In this document: piece by piece, positions 6,841 through 14,421 of the stretch
How positions within the stretch are numbered: the stretch's first letter is position 1
How the letters are laid out: every line of letters starts with the position of its first letter
Assembly (NCBI GenBank): GCA_964602335.1
Contig: CAZRQA010000003.1
Coordinates: forward strand, 1 to 24,598
Reading direction: 5' to 3'
Source: an uncultured Bdellovibrionales bacterium
GTDB lineage: Bacteria > Patescibacteriota > Minisyncoccia > Moranbacterales > DUUL01
DNA: 24,598 nucleotides
The notes under the pieces: generated by a model
Databases searched by the model: none
What the model was told of the DNA's origin: nothing
The model's input: only the letters and a program-made list of their open reading frames with translations
Program-made: the position numbers and the translations under genes

Positions 6841-9039
6841 TTGGAAAAAATAAAAGAAATAAAAAATAAAATATTTAAGAATTCTATACAAAAGAAAAAA
6901 CTTTTTTTAATTTTTTTGGTTTCTTCTTTATTAATGTTGTTTAATTCTAATTATGCTTATGCATTTGTTGATTGGGCTAATATGGGAATGAAGATAGTTA
7001 ACGCGACCCTTTATATGGTGTATCAACTCAGCGTGTTTATTTTTGTTGCGGGCAAATGGCTTTTAGACACCATGACCGATCCCGGGCTTTATTCCACTGT
7101 CTTTTTATCGCCTCATTCCATTGAGGCCATTAACACCGCTTGGACGCATGTACGAGATTTCTTTAATATGATTTTTATTTTAATAATTTTAATGATAGCG
7201 ATTTGCATTATTTTACGCGTACCAAAATACAGCGATAAGAAGTTTCTTTTTTATATAGTTCTGGCGGCGCTTTTAATAAATTTTTCCAAACCAATCGCTT
7301 TGGCAATTATTGACGCTTCGCAATTAACTATGAATTATTTTATCAATGCAGTTAATGGAGACACCTTCGCTTTTACTGACACCTTTGCTAAAAATATTAA
7401 TTTTGACAGAATTCTTAACGTGTCGGATGCTAAAGTGGGAATGGGCATAGCAGTGGTTATCGTGGCTTGCACCATTTTTTTATTATTACTGGGGTTTATG
7501 TTTTTTCTTTTGGCCATCACTCTTTTAATAAGGATGGTAGCCTTTTACGTTTTAATTATACTCTCCCCTTTTGCTATGTTTGGCTTGGCTCTAAGAGGCA
7601 CTGGTGCCGGCAATATGTCTAGCGATTGGTTTAAGAAGATGATAAGCTGGGCCTTTTTCGGTCCGGTGTTAGTTTTTTTTCTTTGGGTTGCTGTAATTTT
7701 GGTCAAGTCAATAACTGAAGCAACCGACAGCGCAAGTTTTCAGCAATATTTCGGTACCTCCTCGGCACTAAAAGTAGAGGGAGCAGACGGAAAAGCTAAT
7801 AATACCTTAAATCTTCTTTTGGGACTGATAATTCCTTACGCAGCCGGGATATATTTATTATATTACGGCTTTGACCTCTCCAGAAAAATGTCCTTGGGCG
7901 CGGCTAATGGAATTTTAAATTGGGGAGAGGGAAAAATGAAAGCATGGAGCAAAAAAATAACCGGAGGTATTAGAAGGGGGGCCACAGCTCCACCTAAAGC
8001 TCTCTGGAAAAGCCAGCTTCAACCTAGACTGAGGGGCAGAATGGAAGGATTAGGAGAAAGACGGAACTCATTAGGAGTTTTAAAAACCAAGGAAGCTAAA
8101 GAAAAAGATCGCAAGAAAAAGTTTGAGCGCTCAAAAGCTCTTGCCAAAGGAGAGGATGAGGGTTTTTATAAACAAAAAATCGAAGCTAAAGAAATAAACG
8201 AAAGAACAGGAGAACTAAAGAAGGAAAATATGACCAAAGAACAAATGGTAGAAAGGCTTGGAAAAACCAAAGATAAAAATGAAAAAGCTGCCCTAGCTAA
8301 ACTTATTGTCAAAGAAGATAAAATCGATCACGACAATTTTAGTGAAGTAATAGAAGCCGCTTCTTATAATCCTCTAATCAAGGAACAAGTGGAAGATTCA
8401 ACAAAAAAAGAACACGTTAACCTGTTAATGGAAAACGAAATAAAAGAGGAAGCAAAAAAGGCAGGACATACTAAGGTTATAAAGAAGGATGACGGAACTG
8501 AAAAAATAGAAGGAGACATAGAAGCCTTTAAAAAAGAAGACAATAAAAAATACAAGGAAAAAACAAAGCCGGTTTATAATAAATATTTAAAAGGTAAAGA
8601 TATGAATTATTATTTAAGACAAAAGGATGATTTTTTAGTTAACGAGGATATCCAAGATCATATAGCCGATAAATATGCCGGCGCCTTATTTAGTGAAAGG
8701 CAAATTCAAGACATGGAGAGACTTGTTGCCGAAAAACACAATAGTCCGCAACATTTTAAATTTGTAAATAATTTTCGTGAAAAGGTTAATGCTAAAAAAG
8801 CGTCAGGTAGTAACAAAAAAACATCAATCTCGCAACAAGCACAAGATCAAAAATCACAGCAAGCACATGATCAAGGAGAGGCTATGGAACATTTTATAAA
8901 TAGCCAAGAAAATCAAGAAGGTAGGCGAAATCAAGAAAATCAAGAAGGCGAACAAAGTCAAAACAATCAAAGCTCTTTTAATAGACAGCGCCCATATTAT
9001 AACGTAGATAATACCAAGGAAGAGAAAGGCGAAGAATAA
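6841..9039 (+). CDS. VirB6/TrbL-like polytopic membrane protein with long charged C-terminal tail
   Basis: TTG start; N-terminal ~350 aa with many TM segments including AWTHVRDFFN..ALLINFS..IIDASQ and LLIRMVAFYVLIILSPFA..WFKKMISWAFFGP (VirB6-type pattern); C-terminal ~380 aa Lys/Glu/Gln-rich; upstream of prgI/virB4. Confidence 0.75.
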   Translation: MEKIKEIKNKIFKNSIQKKKLFLIFLVSSLLMLFNSNYAYAFVDWANMGMKIVNATLYMVYQLSVFIFVAGKWLLDTMTDPGLYSTVFLSPHSIEAINTAWTHVRDFFNMIFILIILMIAICIILRVPKYSDKKFLFYIVLAALLINFSKPIALAIIDASQLTMNYFINAVNGDTFAFTDTFAKNINFDRILNVSDAKVGMGIAVVIVACTIFLLLLGFMFFLLAITLLIRMVAFYVLIILSPFAMFGLALRGTGAGNMSSDWFKKMISWAFFGPVLVFFLWVAVILVKSITEATDSASFQQYFGTSSALKVEGADGKANNTLNLLLGLIIPYAAGIYLLYYGFDLSRKMSLGAANGILNWGEGKMKAWSKKITGGIRRGATAPPKALWKSQLQPRLRGRMEGLGERRNSLGVLKTKEAKEKDRKKKFERSKALAKGEDEGFYKQKIEAKEINERTGELKKENMTKEQMVERLGKTKDKNEKAALAKLIVKEDKIDHDNFSEVIEAASYNPLIKEQVEDSTKKEHVNLLMENEIKEEAKKAGHTKVIKKDDGTEKIEGDIEAFKKEDNKKYKEKTKPVYNKYLKGKDMNYYLRQKDDFLVNEDIQDHIADKYAGALFSERQIQDMERLVAEKHNSPQHFKFVNNFREKVNAKKASGSNKKTSISQQAQDQKSQQAHDQGEAMEHFINSQENQEGRRNQENQEGEQSQNNQSSFNRQRPYYNVDNTKEEKGEE
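8830..8949 (+). repeat. Short in-frame tandem repeats in the VirB6-like tail
   Basis: Two imperfect 24-bp units at 8830-8877 (SQQAQDQK/SQQAHDQG) and the exact 17-mer CAAGAAAATCAAGAAGG at 8905-8921 and 8932-8948 (QENQEG twice, period 27). Confidence 0.85.
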
Positions 9040-9111
9040 AACCTCAACAAAAGAAATATAAGAAGGGGATAATACTAAAATAATAAATTTAAAAAAGTCT
9101 AATTTATCAAA

Positions 9112-10179
9112 ATGACACAGAAAAAGGAAGTAAAATTCAATAATCAAGCCAGCCCGGTTTTTGCCAGTGTGTTATGGAACCCGAAAGAAAGCCAGGAAAA
9201 ACAAATGAATGCTTGGTTTGAAACTTATTCAAGGTTGCCTTTAGTTGTCAGGAGGGGCTTAATCAATTATGATATAGAAAAAACAATAGAAAGTTTTTGC
9301 GCTAATTATAAATTTTCTCTGGAAAAAACTGGTGAGGTTTCCCGGATGATTCGGGAATACTTTACGGAAAACAAAAACAGGGAAGAGTTTGTACGGGACG
9401 CAGTGCGACGCACGAAAGAAAAATTATTAATCCCCCGAGAAAATATTAAGGAATTTATAAAAGAATTATTAGAAATAATCAACAATATTAAAATATTGGG
9501 GCAAGAATTCATAGATGAAGAATATGAAAAAATTTCTTTATTAGAGGCCATAAAAAAATACGAATCAGTGGCTCAACAACTGGTTTCCAGTGATCCGATA
9601 AAACTGGAAGATGAAAAAAAGGGAAAAGCTCCTACTATTAGCCATTGGCTAGAGGATTATTTGGAAAAAATGGGCAGTGATTATCATAATACAGTGGAAA
9701 TAGGCAAGTATCTTTTTGAATCAGAAAATGCCAAAAAATTAAATAAAAAAGAGAGGGACAATTTATCGTCTATAATCGAAGCTTTTAATGAAAAAAAGAA
9801 TGTTTTCATATTAAAAAACAAAAAAGAGAGGCCGCAGATTAATTTTGAATTAACTAATGAACTCAATGAAAGTTTTAGTAAAAATCAATATAAAAAAACA
9901 AAAGCTTTAAAAGAAGAAAGACCCATTAAGTTAAACAAGCAAACAAGCGATCAGCTAAAAATTAAAAAAGATTTTTCCTTGCCGCCGCAATTTAATAATG
10001 ATAAGATTTTTATTGAAAATAAAATGAAAGTGGATTCGGGAAGCAAAACTAATAATAAATCCAAAGAAGAAAGCAATCCTCAAGTTAATTTAAAAGATAA
10101 AAAATCCAGCCAGCCCGAAAAAAATGCCAGCTCAAACAGAAACGTTCTAGACTTAAGTGAATTTATAAATCATAATTAA
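9112..10179 (+). CDS. Soluble hypothetical protein of the T4SS-like cluster
   Basis: 355-aa ORF with no TM or signal peptide; two helical-looking domains and a low-complexity tail ending NVLDLS; 4 bp from the prgI-like gene. Confidence 0.7.
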   Translation: MTQKKEVKFNNQASPVFASVLWNPKESQEKQMNAWFETYSRLPLVVRRGLINYDIEKTIESFCANYKFSLEKTGEVSRMIREYFTENKNREEFVRDAVRRTKEKLLIPRENIKEFIKELLEIINNIKILGQEFIDEEYEKISLLEAIKKYESVAQQLVSSDPIKLEDEKKGKAPTISHWLEDYLEKMGSDYHNTVEIGKYLFESENAKKLNKKERDNLSSIIEAFNEKKNVFILKNKKERPQINFELTNELNESFSKNQYKKTKALKEERPIKLNKQTSDQLKIKKDFSLPPQFNNDKIFIENKMKVDSGSKTNNKSKEESNPQVNLKDKKSSQPEKNASSNRNVLDLSEFINHN

Positions 10180-10183
10180 AAAA

Positions 10184-10579
10184 ATGAAATTTAGAGTTCC
10201 CCAATACATAGAAATAGAAGACAAAATCGCCTTCTTACTAACTGCCAAACAATTAGGCTGGTTTGCTCTAGGGGGAGTAATTTTGTTTATTATTTGGAAT
10301 TTTGTGACCCAGGGATTTTTTATTTTTTGGGCAATTATTATAGGTTTGGCAAGCTGCGCTTTTGCTTTTTATAAGCCTTGCGGCATAACTCTGGCTTCCT
10401 TTATTAAGAACTCTTTTTTATATATGATTGGGCCTAAAAAATATGTATGGAAAGTGAACCCCTCCATAATGGATTCGGTCAAGAAAAAGCAAAAACCAGG
10501 CAAAAAAGAAGAGAAAGAAAAAGATATAAAAAAGCGTCCAAAAAATTTAAATGAAATTGTAGAGATTCTTGATTCATAA
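10184..10579 (+). CDS. prgI: PrgI-family (VirB3-like) membrane protein
   Basis: FRVPQYIEIEDKIAFLLTAKQ N-terminal motif, two TM segments, then YMIGPKKYVWK; upstream of virB4. Confidence 0.85.
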   Translation: MKFRVPQYIEIEDKIAFLLTAKQLGWFALGGVILFIIWNFVTQGFFIFWAIIIGLASCAFAFYKPCGITLASFIKNSFLYMIGPKKYVWKVNPSIMDSVKKKQKPGKKEEKEKDIKKRPKNLNEIVEILDS

Positions 10580-10603
10580 AAATTAAAATAATCATAAATA
10601 AGT

Positions 10604-11275
10604 ATGAAAAAAAAAGAAATTAAAAACAGATTAGCCTCTCTGCAAGATCAGCTGGATATTGTGGATATTAAAAAGGGAGCGGTAGCATTGCGAGACGGCT
10701 CCCTAAGAGGTGTTTTAGCTGTTTCTTCTATAAACTTTGAGTTGAAAGCCCAGGAGGAGCAAGAGGCTATTATTTATAATTATCAGAGGTTTCTCAACAC
10801 TCTTGATTTTTCTATTCAAATTTTAATTTCTTCCAAGAAATTTGATGTAGATCCCTATCTGGATATGCTGGAAAAAAGAAAAAGAAAAACACTGAATAAC
10901 ATGCTTAAAAAGCAAATAACCGACTACATTGATTTTATCGGCGAATTAACGGAGATAAGCAATATTATGTCTACTTATTTTTATATAATTGTTCCTTTTT
11001 ACCCCATTGAGCAAAAAGAACGGAGCATTTTTGAAAAAATTTTTTCGCTGGTCAATCCGAGAAAAGCTATTTATCAAGAAAGGGAGAATTTTGAAACTTG
11101 CCGCAGCCAGCTTTTTTTAAGAATGGAACAAGTGCGTGAGTCTTTAATAAACTTAGGGTTGGATATTACTCCCCTGGGAACAGAAGATTTAATTGAGCTT
11201 TTTTATAACTTTTTTAATCCTTCTGAATTTGAATATAATCAAATGGAGGGTATAGATAAATTGCAATTAGAATAA
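10604..11275 (+). CDS. TrsD/TraC-like T4SS accessory protein (resembles a stand-alone VirB4 N-terminal module)
   Basis: LDIVDIKKGAVALRDGSLRGVLAVSSINFELKAQEEQEAII..FLNTLDFSIQILI; lies between the PrgI-like and VirB4 genes, as trsD does in monoderm conjugation loci. Confidence 0.65.
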   Translation: MKKKEIKNRLASLQDQLDIVDIKKGAVALRDGSLRGVLAVSSINFELKAQEEQEAIIYNYQRFLNTLDFSIQILISSKKFDVDPYLDMLEKRKRKTLNNMLKKQITDYIDFIGELTEISNIMSTYFYIIVPFYPIEQKERSIFEKIFSLVNPRKAIYQERENFETCRSQLFLRMEQVRESLINLGLDITPLGTEDLIELFYNFFNPSEFEYNQMEGIDKLQLE

Positions 11276-11291
11276 TAATATTAACAATTTT

Positions 11292-13184
11292 ATGAATTTT
11301 TTGAACAAATTAGCTGCTTTATTCAATAAAAAAGAAAAAGCAAAAAAAGAAGCAAAAAAAGACATTATTGAAAAACAAGACAATAAAGAATCAGCCAAAG
11401 ACATATTAAAAGAAGAAAGGAATTACAAGGAGGGATTAATTAAGGTTTTAGATTTTATTTCTCCTTCAGCCTTGGGCATAAATGCTTCTCACATTCAAAT
11501 AGGAGAAGCTTATTGCCGAATTTATTTTATTTCCACTTATCCGCAAACCCTGTCTATTGGCTGGCTTTCGGGCGTGGTTAATATTGACATGCCGTTAGAT
11601 GTTTCTATTTTTCTTCACCCGGTAGATACCGGAAAAATCATCAAGACCTTAAGGAAAAAAGCCGCTCAGATTCAATCGGAGCTAAACATTGAATCAAGAA
11701 AGGGACTGGTGCGAGATCCTACCCTAGAGCTTGCTTTTGAAAATGTAGAAAATTTAAGGGATACGCTCCAGGAAGGAAGTGAGAGAGTTTTTAAAGTGGG
11801 AATTTATATTTCCATTTTTGCTAAAAGCCTTAAAAAACTTAATAAGCAAGGGGAATTATTAGAAACCATTTTAAATGCGAGGTTAATTTATACCAAGAAA
11901 GCCATTTTTCGCATGAAGGAAGGATTTTATTCCACTCTCCCTTTTTGTGAAGACAAGTTAATGTCCGGGGTAGACTTAAACACAGCCCCCTTGTCCACAT
12001 CTTTTCCTTTTATTTCCTCAGACGTCACTTCCAATAAGGGAATTTTATATGGCGTTAATAGACACAATAATTCCCTAATTCTTTTTGATAGATTTTCTAT
12101 GGAAAATGCCAATATGGTAATTTTTGCCAAGTCGGGAGCTGGTAAAAGTTATACTGTAAAATTAGAAGCCTTGCGCTCTATGATGCTGGGAACCAATATT
12201 GTTATTATTGATCCGGAGGATGAATACCGACACTTAGCGGAAGCAGCCGGGGGAAGCTTTATTAAAATATCCTTAACCTCTTCTAACCACATTAATCCTT
12301 TTGATTTATCCAAAGAGGAGGGAGAAGAAATGGAAAGCATTCTAAGGAGTAATATTGCTGAGTTGTTGGGACTTTTAAAATTAATGCTGGGAAATATCAC
12401 GCCAGAAGAAGAAACAATCCTAGAAAGAGCTATTAAAGAAACTTATGCAGTAAGAGATATAACCACAGACACTCCCATAGCTGAACTATCTAATAGAACA
12501 ATCCCTGTTTTGGATGATTTATATGAGGTTTTAAGAAATATGAAGGGAGCGGAGGATATAGCCATGAGGATAGAAAAATACACCAAAGGCATTTTTTCCG
12601 GATTTTTAAACAATCAATCTAATACCAGCTTAAACAACCAGATGATAGTTTTTAATATTAGAGACCTAGAAGAAGAACTGAGACCGATAGCGATGTATAT
12701 GATTTTACACTATATGTGGAAAGATATAAAAATAAACCGAAAGAAGAGAATAATTATCGTAGATGAAGCCTGGGTAATGATGCAAAATGAAGAAGCGGCT
12801 AAGTTTATGTTTTCTTTAGCTAAAAGAATTAGGAAATATTATGGAGGGTTGACCACAATTACTCAGGATATTTCCGATTTTATGAATTCAAGATATGGCA
12901 AGCCGATTGTTTCCAACTCTTCTTTACAGCTTTTAATGCGCCAATCCCAGTCTTGTATTGATGTTATTACTGATACTTTTTATTTAACAGACCGAGAAAA
13001 ATATTTATTATTGGAGAGCCGGGTGGGGGAGGGAATCTTTTTTGCCGGCAATAAACGCGCAGCCATTCAAGTAGTTTCTTCTTACAATGAAGATAGATTA
13101 GTTACTACCAACCCAGAACAATTATTAGAAATAGAAAGAGAAGAAAAAGAAAAAATGAAGGAAACAAAAGAAGAAGATAAATAA
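11292..13184 (+). CDS. virB4: VirB4/TraC/TraE-family T4SS ATPase
   Basis: Walker A FAKSGAGKSY, IIDPEDEY, INPFDL, Walker B IIIVDEAW, RIRKYYGGLTTITQDISDF, VGEGIFF. Confidence 0.93.
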   Translation: MNFLNKLAALFNKKEKAKKEAKKDIIEKQDNKESAKDILKEERNYKEGLIKVLDFISPSALGINASHIQIGEAYCRIYFISTYPQTLSIGWLSGVVNIDMPLDVSIFLHPVDTGKIIKTLRKKAAQIQSELNIESRKGLVRDPTLELAFENVENLRDTLQEGSERVFKVGIYISIFAKSLKKLNKQGELLETILNARLIYTKKAIFRMKEGFYSTLPFCEDKLMSGVDLNTAPLSTSFPFISSDVTSNKGILYGVNRHNNSLILFDRFSMENANMVIFAKSGAGKSYTVKLEALRSMMLGTNIVIIDPEDEYRHLAEAAGGSFIKISLTSSNHINPFDLSKEEGEEMESILRSNIAELLGLLKLMLGNITPEEETILERAIKETYAVRDITTDTPIAELSNRTIPVLDDLYEVLRNMKGAEDIAMRIEKYTKGIFSGFLNNQSNTSLNNQMIVFNIRDLEEELRPIAMYMILHYMWKDIKINRKKRIIIVDEAWVMMQNEEAAKFMFSLAKRIRKYYGGLTTITQDISDFMNSRYGKPIVSNSSLQLLMRQSQSCIDVITDTFYLTDREKYLLLESRVGEGIFFAGNKRAAIQVVSSYNEDRLVTTNPEQLLEIEREEKEKMKETKEEDK

Positions 13185-13193
13185 AAAAAATTC

Positions 13194-13703
13194 ATGGAAA
13201 AAGAGAGGGAAATAAAGAGAAATTTAGACAGAAACCGATTATCCCTAAGGCAACAAAAAAAAATGAGAGAAGAAAGTGTTTGGCCAAAAAACAGGATTGC
13301 TAGTTATGATGAAAAAAATGATGCTGAATTAAAAAACAGCGGTGTTGCTAGAAAAATAACTCCCGTCAGGGCGATTACTCTGGCCCTTAAAATGAGAAAA
13401 CAAGCCGTTCAAGGAGATACCAGTGTTTACATCTATGTATTTTTTTTGGCCGTTATGGCAGACTCAATTGATTTTATTCCCATTGCTGGGCCAATGGTTT
13501 CGGGTTTCATAAAGCCGTTTTTATTTGTTTTTCTATGGGGAAGAGGAGCTTGGAAAGTAAAAACTGTTCGTTTAATTTTAATAACAGCAGATTATTTGCC
13601 GGTTTCCAACAAGCTTCCCTGGTCTACTATTTGTGTAGCTTATTCTTATATAAATGAAAAAAAACAAGCGGAAATAAAAAGCAAAAGAATAGAATATTTT
13701 TAA
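13194..13703 (+). CDS. Hypothetical membrane protein
   Basis: Basic N-terminus, then hydrophobic segments with DSIDFIPIAGP and LPVSNKLPWST; 9 bp after virB4. Confidence 0.7.
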   Translation: MEKEREIKRNLDRNRLSLRQQKKMREESVWPKNRIASYDEKNDAELKNSGVARKITPVRAITLALKMRKQAVQGDTSVYIYVFFLAVMADSIDFIPIAGPMVSGFIKPFLFVFLWGRGAWKVKTVRLILITADYLPVSNKLPWSTICVAYSYINEKKQAEIKSKRIEYF

Positions 13704-13725
13704 ATCAATTAAAATAATAAGAGGC

Positions 13726-14406
13726 TTGAAAAAAAATAATAAAGAAAATTTAATATTTTTTATTACTATTGCGATAATTTTTTTAGGGCAATGGTATCTT
13801 GCTAAGAATAATAGCAGTACTTTTGATTTATTGAATTGGCTGCTGGCTTCAATTTTTATGTTGTTTCTTTTTCCAATTTTTATTATTAAACGAATTTACA
13901 AAAAAAAATTAAAGAATTATTACTTAAAATTAAATTTTTTAAAAGATAACCAAGTTAAAAGCATCGTTTTACTGGAAGTTTTGTTTGTAGTTGGATTATT
14001 ATATTTTTTTGTGGTAGAATTAGGCTGGGTAGAACACTTTAGGGCTTATATGTGGTTTTTTGGCAGCTGGAGTGTTATTTTATTTGTAGAACTTGTTATT
14101 TTACCCTTACTTATTTTTTCTGAAGAGTTTTTTTTTAGAGGATTTATTCTTAAAACACTATTAGACAGATATAAGATATTATGGGCCTTGCTCATCCAGG
14201 TTTTCATTGTGATAATCTATCAGGCAATTTTAAGTTCTTTTTTAGCCTGGCAGTTGTTGATTATTTTATTCATAGTTAATATTTTTTTAAGCTGGATAGT
14301 GGCGCAAACTAGGACAATTTGGATTTCTTTTTTGGTGATGCTTTTATTTAGATATCTCATTGACGGATACATTCTATACCAAATAAAATTTTTATTGGGA
14401 AATTAA
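13726..14406 (+). CDS. CPBP/Abi (CAAX protease-like) intramembrane protein with degenerate active site
   Basis: TTG start; multi-TM; EEFFFRGF matches the EExxxR motif, but no histidine occurs downstream of it. Confidence 0.75.
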   Translation: MKKNNKENLIFFITIAIIFLGQWYLAKNNSSTFDLLNWLLASIFMLFLFPIFIIKRIYKKKLKNYYLKLNFLKDNQVKSIVLLEVLFVVGLLYFFVVELGWVEHFRAYMWFFGSWSVILFVELVILPLLIFSEEFFFRGFILKTLLDRYKILWALLIQVFIVIIYQAILSSFLAWQLLIILFIVNIFLSWIVAQTRTIWISFLVMLLFRYLIDGYILYQIKFLLGN

Positions 14407-14421
14407 ATTTGAAAACAAAAA

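Noticed and set aside
8830-8949. CRISPR-like or mobile repeat array
   Set aside because: Only two copies of each unit, in frame within a low-complexity protein tail, and no spacers or cas genes.
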